DNA of 64,000 nucleotides, taken from IMG/VR virus record IMGVR_UViG_3300037466_002099; one strand, written 5' to 3'. Each line of letters opens with the position of its first letter. The stretch's first letter is position 1. The notes beneath the pieces were generated by a model. It searched no databases. It was given only the letters and a program-made list of their open reading frames with translations, and was not told the DNA's origin. Source of the stretch: an uncultured virus (IMG/VR IMGVR_UViG_3300037466_002099). Taxonomy: Duplodnaviria; Heunggongvirae; Uroviricota; Caudoviricetes. Shown here piece after piece: positions 29,009-38,211 of this stretch. A program made the translations under genes and the position numbers.

Positions 29009-30067
29009 CTATTTGCGCGCCTTGCGGCGCTTGAACTTCAGGAAGTCGGCGCCCTCGAACGGATCCCAAAACACTTTGATCAGGTCCGGGTGCGTCGCCG
29101 GCATGTCGGGATCGATGACGGTCAAGGCGCACGGGCTCACGCTTTGGTCGCGGAAGCCGCGCTCGCGGGCGTAGCGGTCATAGACCTTGTAGCTCGAGAC
29201 CTGTATCGCGTGCATGGTGATGCCGGTGTCGGGGTCTTTCAGGATGCCGTAGCCTGAGACGTGCTTGTGGCCGCAGATGGCGATGTGGTCGCGGATGCCG
29301 AAGTGCAGCGCCTTGGTCGCGCCGTGCACCGGGTTGTACATGGAATGCCCGGCGAAGTCGTGGCGGGCGTTGATGTGGATAGAGCGCTTGTTGCTAAAGT
29401 TGAGGGCGAGGCGGACTTCGCTGTCCTGATAAAGCGCGCCGGCGTTGCGGGCGATCCAGTTGATCGGGTCGCCGGACCCGCTCCATGCATCATGATTGCC
29501 GCCGATCATGTACAGCCAGGGAACGTTGGTGATGAACCATTCGGCGATCTGCCATGCGTCGTCCGCCGTGGTGCCCTGCTGGGCATATAGGCGCCCAAGC
29601 CGCCCGACCCAGTTATTGGTCGTGTCGCCAACGTTACAGCCGTAGAGCCCTTCGACCGTCCGGCAGAGGTCCATGTGGCTCTCGAGCAGTGCCAAGTCGG
29701 TGCCGTCGTCGTCGACGTGTGGGTCGCCGAAGTGAAGCAGGCCGATCGGCCCGGGCAGCTTGATCCGGATCGGGATAAGCTTACGGGTCTCCTCGTGCCG
29801 GCGCTTCTTGTCGAATTGCTTCTTGCGGTGCTCGATGAGCTCGAGGACTGAGACGCTGCCAGGGTCCGGCGCCTTCACGTCGAACTGGTCGAGCTTCGCC
29901 TTGATCTGCTTGATACGCTTCGACGTATTCGAGAGGTCGGCACCGAGAGCGGCGGCGACCTTGGCGGGAACGAAGTTGTGGTCGACAGCCACCTTAACGA
30001 ATTCGTCGTGCGATACTTTTTTCATTATTGAGGCCGGTAGTTTGCCTGCCTCAAATTTTGCGGTCAC
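29009..30067 (-). CDS. Calcineurin-like metallophosphoesterase with N-terminal HTH
   Basis: GDPH, GD, GNHD, H and GHKH motifs. Confidence 0.85.
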   Translation of the reverse strand: MTAKFEAGKLPASIMKKVSHDEFVKVAVDHNFVPAKVAAALGADLSNTSKRIKQIKAKLDQFDVKAPDPGSVSVLELIEHRKKQFDKKRRHEETRKLIPIRIKLPGPIGLLHFGDPHVDDDGTDLALLESHMDLCRTVEGLYGCNVGDTTNNWVGRLGRLYAQQGTTADDAWQIAEWFITNVPWLYMIGGNHDAWSGSGDPINWIARNAGALYQDSEVRLALNFSNKRSIHINARHDFAGHSMYNPVHGATKALHFGIRDHIAICGHKHVSGYGILKDPDTGITMHAIQVSSYKVYDRYARERGFRDQSVSPCALTVIDPDMPATHPDLIKVFWDPFEGADFLKFKRRKARK

Positions 30068-30129
30068 GACGCGAAAAAGCCCGCTTTTGGCGGGCCTTGG
30101 GCGGTATTCAACCTAATACAGTTGTTAGG

Positions 30130-30831
30130 TCAGTAGTCGTTTCCCGGGTAGTGAGTGTCGAAATCGTCCTCGCTGTCACCGTCGACGATGAGCTTTGTGC
30201 CGGCGGCGTAGAGCTGGAACAGGCGGCGTTCGAAGCCGAAGAGAGGGCCGACGAACAATGTCTTTTTCGGGTCGTGCTCATTGATTTTTATGCCGAACAC
30301 ACTGCCGTCATCCGTCACATTGAGCTGTATGTTGCACGAATATTTACTGACGCCATCTTTTTCGTCGAAATAGATGCCAACGTAGCCAGCTACGGCATCG
30401 CTTCGCTCGATGTGCAGAGAAATGCGCTCGCGCCCATAGCATAAGCATGCGGCGTCTTGCGATTTCGACTTGATGAATTCGTTCAGCAGCTCCGACAGCT
30501 TGATCTCCGCCGGCGGGGGCGCCAGCAGCTCGCTTATCTGCTTCTCGACATTTTTGGCAATGGAGCCCTCAAGCTGGCCGGCGACTTGGCGCTCGATGAT
30601 CTTCAGGATGACATCGTTATAGCCCGGCAATTCGAGATTTCGTAGATCGACGTTGACGGCCGCTTTGACCTTCTCCTCGAGCGCTTTGCCAAAGTCTGAA
30701 TAGCTGCGCAGCGAATCCTTGATGATGCCGCCGATCGTCTCGGTAAGCTGCTTCTCAATCATCTCCTCGATCTTGCCAGCCGAGGCGATCTTGTCGAAGC
30801 TGGCGGCGATGGCGTTTTGTAGGTCTTGCAT
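30130..30831 (-). CDS. Hypothetical protein
   Basis: GGAGAGG RBS; followed by a terminator-like hairpin near 30073-30097. Confidence 0.7.
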   Translation of the reverse strand: MQDLQNAIAASFDKIASAGKIEEMIEKQLTETIGGIIKDSLRSYSDFGKALEEKVKAAVNVDLRNLELPGYNDVILKIIERQVAGQLEGSIAKNVEKQISELLAPPPAEIKLSELLNEFIKSKSQDAACLCYGRERISLHIERSDAVAGYVGIYFDEKDGVSKYSCNIQLNVTDDGSVFGIKINEHDPKKTLFVGPLFGFERRLFQLYAAGTKLIVDGDSEDDFDTHYPGNDY

Positions 30832-30885
30832 TTCCTCTCCTTGGTAGTTGGTGGGGTGTCCCGGCCGCCTGCCGGGGGCGGTGGC

Positions 30886-31122
30886 TTATCCCCGGCAGGC
30901 GGCCTTGTAGCGCTTCACATTGCGGGCCTTGCGGGCGGCGCGCTTGACCTGGGCGTCGGTATTGCTCGAGGCTTGGTAGCTGCCACGGCCTTTGCCACGG
31001 GAGCGGTAGCCGCCAACGGAAGCGAGTGCATCGGCGCGCGACCAGCCGGAGTTAGACTGGATTGCTAATGCCATCGCCACCATGAGGGCGCGGAAGCGTG
31101 CGAAAGGTGCGGAACGTTGCAT
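30886..31122 (-). CDS. Small basic hypothetical protein
   Basis: AGGAGG RBS; Arg/Lys-rich. Confidence 0.6.
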   Translation of the reverse strand: MQRSAPFARFRALMVAMALAIQSNSGWSRADALASVGGYRSRGKGRGSYQASSNTDAQVKRAARKARNVKRYKAACRG

Positions 31123-31139
31123 GTGAATCCTCCTGAGAG

Positions 31140-31967
31140 TTAGGTTGTCTGCTCAGCTACCGGCTGAGCTGCGGTGTTTTGTGGTGCGGGAAGCAGTCCG
31201 GCGCGGCGCTCGATGGCGAGCTGCAGCGATTGCTTGTCACCGAGGAACGCGCCGACCTGATCTGCGAGGCGACACATCGCCATCATGGCGTCGTAGAAGA
31301 ATGCCGCAGCCTCTTCGGTGTAAGGCATCTGTTCGCTGTATTCCGGGTCGATCGAGATGCCAATGAAACCATTAAGCCGCTCTCCCGGCGATGCTCCACG
31401 CCACGGGTCAAAGTCAGCCGGTTTCTGATACTTCACGATGGTTCCAGATGGCCGGCGATATGTGAGTTTGTCGAATATGCGAGCGCCGAGGCCGACAGAG
31501 TACAGCGCTGCATGCTCCGTCGCGTTAAGTTCGCCGCCCCATTTGTAACCTTCGCCGTTGCCGGCGCCGCTTTTGCCAATCGCTTCTTGTGCGGTGTATC
31601 CGTTCGTATGGAACGTGCCATCGATAGCGCGCGCATAAGAAACTTTGAGCCTGTGCCCGTAAGCGATGATGCGCTCGGTAGTGACTTCGCACCGAAGATG
31701 GTCTTTCATCGCGGCGTAGATAAAGCTCTTCACGTCGTCCAGGCGCTTGCCAGATGCGCGCCATTGACGCGCGGTCGCCGGTTTGCTCAGCTCAACATCA
31801 AATCCTGCACGGCGGTTGCCAACGCGCGCTCCGATCGATTCCACGAGTTCGTCTGGTATGGTGACATTGAATGTCCCATCGATGGTAAGCGAAACGTCTG
31901 ACTTGAACTCCATTGTCTCGCCGGTCTCGTTTTTCACCTTAAATGTGATTGGCGTCAGTTTTGCCAT
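31140..31967 (-). CDS. Hypothetical protein
   Basis: Start reassigned to MAKLTP. Confidence 0.65.
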   Translation of the reverse strand: MAKLTPITFKVKNETGETMEFKSDVSLTIDGTFNVTIPDELVESIGARVGNRRAGFDVELSKPATARQWRASGKRLDDVKSFIYAAMKDHLRCEVTTERIIAYGHRLKVSYARAIDGTFHTNGYTAQEAIGKSGAGNGEGYKWGGELNATEHAALYSVGLGARIFDKLTYRRPSGTIVKYQKPADFDPWRGASPGERLNGFIGISIDPEYSEQMPYTEEAAAFFYDAMMAMCRLADQVGAFLGDKQSLQLAIERRAGLLPAPQNTAAQPVAEQTT

Positions 31968-31984
31968 ATATCTTCTCGTCGTGT

Positions 31985-32083
31985 TTAAATACAGCAGGCT
32001 ACCAGCAGGCAGATGCCCACGATCGCCAGCGTTGCGTATTGGTGGCGGTCGAACCAGTCGCCGGGGCAGGGGAGCGGGGTCAC
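31985..32083 (-). CDS. Small hydrophobic peptide (32 aa, not in the ORF track)
   Basis: MTPLPCPGDWFDRHQYATLAIVGICLLVACCI; GTGA overlap with the upstream gene. Confidence 0.4.
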   Translation of the reverse strand: MTPLPCPGDWFDRHQYATLAIVGICLLVACCI

Positions 32084-32418
32084 AGGTCGCTCCTCTCGAG
32101 CAGTCCATGCTTGTCCAGCGTGTCACCAGCAATCGCGGCCATCTTCGTATCATTCAATCGATCCCGCGTGTTGTTGCGGAAGCGGCCGTTATATATCTGC
32201 CGCAGTGCCGTGATCAGGTCGACGGCGAGCTCGGTGGTGAACTGCTCGGGCGCGTCCTTCAGCGTCGGCGGGAGCTGCTTGTTGAGCGCATCGCGCAGGC
32301 ATTTGAGGTTGTCGTCGCCGACGATCGTGATGCACGAGAGGGAGCTGAAGATGGTCAGCTTCTCCTCGTCGATGCGGGCGACGCCGGTTTGCAGGTCGAT
32401 GACGAGGGCGGGTGTCAT
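32080..32418 (-). CDS. Hypothetical protein
   Basis: GGAGG RBS. Confidence 0.55.
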   Translation of the reverse strand: MTPALVIDLQTGVARIDEEKLTIFSSLSCITIVGDDNLKCLRDALNKQLPPTLKDAPEQFTTELAVDLITALRQIYNGRFRNNTRDRLNDTKMAAIAGDTLDKHGLLERSDL

Positions 32419-32666
32419 GCGCCCTCCGTGGCTTTGGCGAGGGCAGCGCAAACCATCTTGTAGGTTGGCGTATCGGTTGCGCCTTTTAGGGTCAGATACG
32501 CGAAGCATTCTTGAAGCATATTAACCATATCGTCGTGAGCATTGAAGGCCCGGACCATCTTCGCTGCGAGTTGTGGCGTGTTGGCCGAGCCGACAACCAT
32601 ATCGCCGTGCATGATGCAGTTGGGCAGGTTCTCGCTGGTTCTTAATGATGTTGTTGTCTTGCTCAT
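32415..32666 (-). CDS. Hypothetical protein
   Basis: AAGGGG RBS; downstream of the operator at 32712. Confidence 0.55.
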   Translation of the reverse strand: MSKTTTSLRTSENLPNCIMHGDMVVGSANTPQLAAKMVRAFNAHDDMVNMLQECFAYLTLKGATDTPTYKMVCAALAKATEGA

Positions 32667-32790
32667 CTATTTCCCCTTAAAAAACAATTCCACGCCTCTA
32701 TTATGCCTCAATTGCTCAAATTCGAGTAAGTCTGTGCGGTAATGCGACAGTATTTGTTTTAATAGGATTTAGGTAGTTGATAGGCGGCGG

Positions 32791-33093
32791 CTATGGCATC
32801 GCGCGCTTACGCATCCCTATCCCGGCCGGCGGTGCCTTCTCCGGAGGCTCGATGCCGTCGCGCTTGCACATGCGGGCATACTCGCGCCCGGCGGCGAAGC
32901 ACGCTGCGCCCATTGAGCCAGGGGTCGCGTGCGGCGTGCGTGTCAGCCCGTCGAAGCCGTCCCAAAATGCGCAGCGGTGGCCGGCGCCGCGCCGCTGGGC
33001 GCCTTTGTGGTAGAGCTCGCTGGTGCGGTCCTGGGCGAGCGCCAGCATGCCGTCGTACATCTTCTGCATGCTGGGGTGTTTGTAGCGGGGCAT
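32791..33093 (-). CDS. Hypothetical protein
   Basis: ORF in the leftward run. Confidence 0.5.
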   Translation of the reverse strand: MPRYKHPSMQKMYDGMLALAQDRTSELYHKGAQRRGAGHRCAFWDGFDGLTRTPHATPGSMGAACFAAGREYARMCKRDGIEPPEKAPPAGIGMRKRAMP

Positions 33094-33105
33094 AGCGGAC
33101 TCTAT

Positions 33106-33537
33106 TTACTCGGCGTCGAGGGCTGCCAGCGCCTTGCGGTTTTCCTGGCACAGCATGCGCGCGAGGCTGTGGGCGTCTTTGTTGGGAACGTGACGCGCCA
33201 GGACGAACTCGAGCTCGTCTGTTGTCTCCTTCAGGCGGCGCGCCAGTTCCGCATAGGCATTGCACCGGCGCTCGACATCGCGCATCACATCGGCCGGGAA
33301 GAGCTGGGCGCCGCCGTAGGGCTTGGCTATCTTCACCATGTCTTTGTAGGCGCCGGAGGGCTCGAGCTCGATGATCGGGTCTTCCAGTGTCGGCTGGGGT
33401 GCCAGCGCCTCGGTGACGAGCTTCAGCGCTTCAGCGTGCCGCTCCTTGGGCTCCGGGTAGTGCTTCATTATCGGCGCCGAGGTCTCGAGGGCGATCTTGG
33501 CGGCGGTCAGTGCTGCTTGGGTCTTTGCGGTCATCAT
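33106..33537 (-). CDS. Hypothetical protein
   Basis: AAGGAG RBS. Confidence 0.6.
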   Translation of the reverse strand: MMTAKTQAALTAAKIALETSAPIMKHYPEPKERHAEALKLVTEALAPQPTLEDPIIELEPSGAYKDMVKIAKPYGGAQLFPADVMRDVERRCNAYAELARRLKETTDELEFVLARHVPNKDAHSLARMLCQENRKALAALDAE

Positions 33538-33571
33538 TTCTCCTTGGGGAGCCCGGCGGACCGGGCGTGGG

Positions 33572-33760
33572 TTATTTGTATTTGAACTCGGGATTCCTGA
33601 CGCCAACCGGGCAGCTCAGCCGGCCGTCCGGCTCTTGCTTGCGGAAGACCGCGACGATGATGCGGTCGTTGGTTCCGACTTCAAAAATCTCGAGCTGGCC
33701 TTCGCAGGGATATTGCAAAAAGCCATTCTCGCTATACGTCAAAGTCACTCGTAACTTCAT
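33572..33760 (-). CDS. Hypothetical protein
   Basis: First gene after the leftward promoter TTGCTC...TGcTATACT (33797-33827). Confidence 0.5.
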   Translation of the reverse strand: MKLRVTLTYSENGFLQYPCEGQLEIFEVGTNDRIIVAVFRKQEPDGRLSCPVGVRNPEFKYK

Positions 33761-33964
33761 GCTGGGCTCCGTTTGTTTCGTTATCACCACACCTTTAGTA
33801 TAGCACAACTTAATCAAATTTGAGCAATAGTGTGCAACCGCGCCACAGTTACTTCATGAGTATTTGACGGGTTCTTGATGCCAGGGAGGCCGGCGCCGGG
33901 CAGGGTGGCGCTGGGTCGGTCACCGGTGCCGGAGCTGGAACCGAGTTCGAGGTCTTGTTTCGCC

Positions 33965-34330
33965 GGTTTCACGTCGCCTTGGTTTCATTCCTTTAAAATC
34001 AAGGACTTATCTGTAACCAAGCTGTAACCACGGTGAAACCAGATCCGGAACCGTAACCAATGCCGCCGGTTTCGGTTTCGGCCTTGGTTACACTTAACTA
34101 CATGATTATTAAGGATTATTTGCGTTTGTAACCAAGAAACCGCGTTTTCGCCGGGAAAATATATATATACATTAGTACCCCCCAATACCCCATTACCCCC
34201 AATATGTCTCCCTCACATAGTATCTATATATATATTTATCTGGTTACATAGATATATATATAGGTAAGTCATTGATTTTAAAATGAAACCAGCGTGAAAC
34301 CGGGACCGGGTGCGGTGGTTACATGGTTTC
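33965..34330. repeat. Putative replication origin: about 17 G(T/A)AACC iterons, (TA)n tracts and two IHF consensus sites
   Basis: Iterons in both orientations; AT-rich core at 34156-34262; AATCAAGGACTTA at 33997 and TAAGTCATTGATT at 34265. Confidence 0.65.
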
Positions 34331-34477
34331 ATGCTTCATGGAAACTATCTGACCTTCATGAGACCTCACGGAACATCACTTATTGTCACTCTGATACTTG
34401 CTTTTATTTGATCAATCCATTGTGCTGAATCAAAGTTGTCGTGATACAATTGCGCAAATTTGAGGAACGGGGTCGGG

Positions 34478-35002
34478 ATGGTCGAATACTTCAAAATCGA
34501 GGAAGTGCCGGACCAGCAGTATTTCCGGTGCGACAGGTACAAGGCGTCGCTGTCGGTCTCGGCGTGCGCGAAGATGTGGAAGGAAGCGAACCACGAGAAC
34601 GTCGAGGCGCGGTATCGCTGCAAGACCTGCCCGCTCGGCGCCGTTCATGCGGGTGAGACCGCCGCGTCGATGTCGCCGTTGCTGGGCAAGAGCATCTGCG
34701 CGCGGTGCCATGGGCAGACCGCCCGGCTGATCGGCAAGCACATTTGCGTGTCCTGCTACAACCGGCAACGGGAATGGATCATCGGCAAGAACGCCAAGGG
34801 CACGCGGCCGCTGAAGATCGGGCGCCTCGATCCGCGCACGCTACGGTACTTTTCCGGCGGCCAGACGGCCGTTCTGCATGCCGCCCTATCCGCGACCATG
34901 GACGAGCTCATAATCGCCGCCCTGCGCGATTCCAAGAACCGCGTCCGCTTCTCTTTCCACGGTGCAATCCGTGGCACTCCCAATCAACTCCGCCTCTGGT
35001 GA
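34478..35002 (+). CDS. Cys-rich Zn-finger protein
   Basis: Multiple CxxC motifs; first rightward gene after the origin; C-terminal QLRLW. Confidence 0.65.
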   Translation: MVEYFKIEEVPDQQYFRCDRYKASLSVSACAKMWKEANHENVEARYRCKTCPLGAVHAGETAASMSPLLGKSICARCHGQTARLIGKHICVSCYNRQREWIIGKNAKGTRPLKIGRLDPRTLRYFSGGQTAVLHAALSATMDELIIAALRDSKNRVRFSFHGAIRGTPNQLRLW

Positions 35003-35005
35003 CCC

Positions 35006-35356
35006 ATGATCCGCCGACCTGCCAAGATCAGCCATACCGAGCCGTACAGCTTCCAATGGACATTCACGCAACATTGCTGCCGGGTATGCTTCGGCCGCGT
35101 GCTGATGCGGACCACGGTCGACGCCCGGCGCATCTACCGCTGCGCTGACTGTGGCGTCGAGCGTGAGGGCCACGACGAGCGCGCGATCTGTTCCTGCGGC
35201 ATCAAGTTGCGGACTACGGTCGATGCCGGTATCCGCTGCAAGGTCAACGAGAAGCGGACGCCGGAGTGTCCGAGCGAGATCGTGGCCGAGCAGTTGTTAG
35301 AAGGCGACACTGGTGTTGGGAAAAAGTCGCCGGCGAGTAACACAAGTGCGGTTTGA
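35006..35356 (+). CDS. Cys-rich hypothetical protein
   Basis: CCRVC, CADC and CSC motifs. Confidence 0.6.
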   Translation: MIRRPAKISHTEPYSFQWTFTQHCCRVCFGRVLMRTTVDARRIYRCADCGVEREGHDERAICSCGIKLRTTVDAGIRCKVNEKRTPECPSEIVAEQLLEGDTGVGKKSPASNTSAV

Positions 35357-35391
35357 TCAAATATAATCAATCAAGAGTTTACGGAGCAAAT

Positions 35392-35574
35392 ATGCCGCGA
35401 GGAAGAAGAAAAGGTTCGATCAGGGTGAAGGCGCGCGTTGTGCCAGACGAGAGGCTTGAGGTTCTGGCATTCCGTCTCACAAAGGACCAACGGGATCACG
35501 TCAAGCAAAACGGCGGCGCCGATCTGGTCAGGTCATTGATCGATGCGGACATTGGGAAGCAGCGCGTCGCCTAA
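35392..35574 (+). CDS. Small ribbon-helix-helix-like DNA-binding protein
   Basis: LAFRLTKDQRDHVKQNGGADLVRSLID; GGAG RBS; operator at 35353. Confidence 0.5.
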   Translation: MPRGRRKGSIRVKARVVPDERLEVLAFRLTKDQRDHVKQNGGADLVRSLIDADIGKQRVA

Positions 35575-35683
35575 AGCACCAGATTCGCCATCAGGCAATT
35601 AAGCGGCGCCAGCCCAGTGCTGGCGCCATTTTCGTAGCAGTCGCCGCCGCGCCGGGCGCTTATCGGGCGCATTGGGAGAGGAG

Positions 35684-35944
35684 TTGAAGACCATCCACAA
35701 ATACCCGCTGCATATCGCCGACCGCCAAACCGTCGCCATGCCGCGCGGCGCTCGCATCCTAACGGTCCAGATGCAGCACGAAGTTCCATGCCTGTGGGCA
35801 CAGTTCGATGCCGACCTGAAGGCATGCCGCCGATACAACAAGTCGATGGACAAGGCGGCGTCACAGTGGCGGGCGAAGCATGTGCCGTGCACCGAGGGGC
35901 TGCCGCCGCTGCGCGTGCATGGTGCCACGGGCGGGCGGCAATGA
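35684..35944 (+). CDS. Hypothetical phage protein
   Basis: KTIHKYPL.......MP.GA.IL.VQ.Q....CLWA N-terminus; GAGGAG RBS. Confidence 0.5.
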   Translation: MKTIHKYPLHIADRQTVAMPRGARILTVQMQHEVPCLWAQFDADLKACRRYNKSMDKAASQWRAKHVPCTEGLPPLRVHGATGGRQ

Positions 35945-36456
35945 CCGACGACGATTTCGCCCTCGAGCCCTACGTCCTGCCGCCGGAGAATAATCACCCG
36001 GCGACGATCGCCGCCCGGCTCATGGAGCTGCCCGAGCACGCGCACCTGAAAGACCACGATGTCACGTTCGATTACCTGCTCAAGTGCGACACGCTGGTCA
36101 AGGGCGGTAAGATGGTGCTTGGCGCTGTGCACGAGCCTAACGTCCAAGGCAAGCTGCGCGACCTGTTCCTCATGCTGCTGCAAAGCTTTTTCGGCCGCAT
36201 CCCGCATTACCTGATCGTCCTCGACCGGGAATTCTGGCTCAACGAGGCGACGCCGATCCAGCGAGAAGCGCTGCTGTACCACGAGCTCAGCCATGTGAAG
36301 CAGGCGACGGACAAGTACGGCGCGCTCAAATTCGACAAGGACGGTAATCCCGTGTGGGCGCTGGTCGAGCACGACATCTCAGCCTTCAATGACGAGGTGG
36401 CGCGCTACGGCGCTTGGCACGAGGGAATTGCCTCATTTCTTGCTGCCGCAAGGTAA
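35941..36456 (+). CDS. Putative phage metallopeptidase
   Basis: QREALLYHELSH (HExxH) and HDI..F...V.RYG.W. Confidence 0.8.
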   Translation: MTDDDFALEPYVLPPENNHPATIAARLMELPEHAHLKDHDVTFDYLLKCDTLVKGGKMVLGAVHEPNVQGKLRDLFLMLLQSFFGRIPHYLIVLDREFWLNEATPIQREALLYHELSHVKQATDKYGALKFDKDGNPVWALVEHDISAFNDEVARYGAWHEGIASFLAAAR

Positions 36457-36580
36457 AATACCTGTTGCGAAAACGCAAATCGTCTTGCCGACACGCACAA
36501 TTGCTCAAAAATGATGTAATATGGAATCTGCTTATTTATGAGCAAATAAGTTTTCTTCATCAACTATTGAAAGGTCTATC

Positions 36581-37042
36581 ATGTTGAAATTTAAATCCAT
36601 CAAATCGCTGTTGTTTGCGGCCGTGGCCGCTGTCGTCATGGCCGTCGGACTGACCGCCTGCGGTGGCGCCCAAGCCGCTGCGCTGCCGAAGATTTTCACC
36701 GACAGCGCCAACACAGTCATCGACATCAACCACGCTCGCTATTTCTTCCAGACCAGCGGCGGCGTGTCCGTGCTGCCGGCATCCTCCACTACCGCGATCA
36801 GTCTGAGCGATCCCAGCGGCGTTCTGTATAGCAAGCTGATCAACTCGGCACCTGTGGCGGCAACGTGGGTCAACATCCCGAGCACGACGACGTGGGTCAA
36901 TCTCGACGAGGCGAGCAAGATTACATGTAACACCGGCACCAACAATATTACGTTCGCTTGGTCGGTTTCCGGAATCAGCGCGTCGTCCTTCTCCGATTCC
37001 GGTTGCACATTGTTCAACCAGATTATCTCGAACGGCAACTGA
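36581..37042 (+). CDS. Lipoprotein (moron-like)
   Basis: Signal peptide with LTAC lipobox; own promoter/operator at 36501 and own terminator. Confidence 0.7.
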   Translation: MLKFKSIKSLLFAAVAAVVMAVGLTACGGAQAAALPKIFTDSANTVIDINHARYFFQTSGGVSVLPASSTTAISLSDPSGVLYSKLINSAPVAATWVNIPSTTTWVNLDEASKITCNTGTNNITFAWSVSGISASSFSDSGCTLFNQIISNGN

Positions 37043-37057
37043 TCGACGCTGCTGATC

Positions 37058-37080
37058 AAAAGGGGCTTCGGCCCCTTTTT
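37058..37080 (+). terminator. Intrinsic (bidirectional) terminator
   Basis: AAAAGGGG-CTTCGG-CCCCTTTTT. Confidence 0.85.
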
Positions 37081-37100
37081 CTACATCAGGGAGAACATTC

Positions 37101-37334
37101 ATGACGACAACCGACTATGTGAACGTGCTGCTGATCCTCGGCGTGTTCTTTCTATGCATCTTTGTTTCGTGGCTGCTGAGCCTGCTTGCTGTGCGCTCGC
37201 CCAAGAACGTTTGCGACCATCATGGCTGCTCATACTGCGCTGGCGGCGGCGGAGACCCAGGCGAAGCGCGCCCGTATGCCACCGAGCCGGGCGGTTCCCG
37301 GCATCCATCAGGAGAACATTTTGACCATCATTAA
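37101..37334 (+). CDS. Small membrane protein
   Basis: N-terminal TM segment; GGGAG RBS. Confidence 0.45.
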   Translation: MTTTDYVNVLLILGVFFLCIFVSWLLSLLAVRSPKNVCDHHGCSYCAGGGGDPGEARPYATEPGGSRHPSGEHFDHH

Positions 37335-37770
37335 ACCTACCGTCGGACGCAAGGTGTGGTATTGGCCGAGCGCCAACGATAATGGCGTTCAGCTTCAAGG
37401 GCAGCCTTGGGATGCGACCATCATCGGCGTGCATTCGGATAACCGCGTCAATATTCGCGTTACGGATTCAATCGGATACACGTCCGGAAAGCAGTTCGTC
37501 CACCTTCTTCAGGGCGAAGAGAAGGCGACCGGCGGCGGCTACTGCCAGTGGATGCCGTACCAAGTCGGTCAGGTGAAGGCGCAGGAGGCCAGCTCGCCAA
37601 AGGTCGGTATTAACGAAACTACCGGAAAGGCCGTAACCCTCGCCGAGCTGCAGCCGGCGACGATCGAGAACCCGGCGCAGGCGTGGGGCACATCGCTCGA
37701 CGCCGTGGGCGGCGAGACCTGCAAGGCGACGGCCGAGGTGCTGACTGCGTGGCCCAACAACGACGGCTAA
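37321..37770 (+). CDS. Hypothetical phage protein
   Basis: TTG start after AGGAG; IKPTVGR.VWYWP...WMPYQ. Confidence 0.65.
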   Translation: MTIIKPTVGRKVWYWPSANDNGVQLQGQPWDATIIGVHSDNRVNIRVTDSIGYTSGKQFVHLLQGEEKATGGGYCQWMPYQVGQVKAQEASSPKVGINETTGKAVTLAELQPATIENPAQAWGTSLDAVGGETCKATAEVLTAWPNNDG

Positions 37771-37881
37771 GCACCAGACCAGCAATCAGGCACAGGCGGC
37801 GCGTAATTGCCTGTTTTTTAAGAGATATGGGAATTCCCATATCGGCATTGGGCGCCGATAGGGCGCAACAAAGGAGAAAAT

Positions 37882-38175
37882 GTGGGAACATCAAACAATT
37901 TTGTTGGATTTGCGAAGACTGTCTCTGGCACGCCAGAAAACGAAATCCCGTCATTCATGGGCGCGGTGGAGCGTTCCACATCCTCGCTCGATGAGCGTAT
38001 TTCGACGTTGCTGGATCGCCTTCGTCCTGTTTTGAGGGAGGCGAGCGAAGATGGAAAAGAGACTAATGAGCAGAGGGCTGAGACCGTTCTCGGCGCTCGG
38101 TTGCAGGACCATCGGAACCATCTCGATGCTCTTTACGAGCGCGTGAACGATGCCATCACACGCCTGGAAGTCTGA
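37882..38175 (+). CDS. Coiled-coil hypothetical protein
   Basis: AAGGAG RBS. Confidence 0.55.
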   Translation: MGTSNNFVGFAKTVSGTPENEIPSFMGAVERSTSSLDERISTLLDRLRPVLREASEDGKETNEQRAETVLGARLQDHRNHLDALYERVNDAITRLEV

Positions 38176-38211
38176 TCAACCTACAAGCCCGGTTCGCCGG
38201 GCTGCATCTGC

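Noticed and set aside
33965..34330. CRISPR array
   Set aside because: Repeats are 6-mers in mixed orientation with irregular spacing; no cas genes; no repeat-spacer array seen anywhere in the window
34439..34450. Additional TCGTGA late promoter (also 23499, 12372 and 12382)
   Set aside because: Wrong spacing or no -10 box; 34439 reads as an extended -10 (TGnTACAAT), and the 12.37-12.39 kb copies belong to the attP repeats
37824..37843. Protelomerase (telRL) site of a linear plasmid-phage
   Set aside because: No protelomerase in the window, the palindrome is short, and the phage has an integrase and attP
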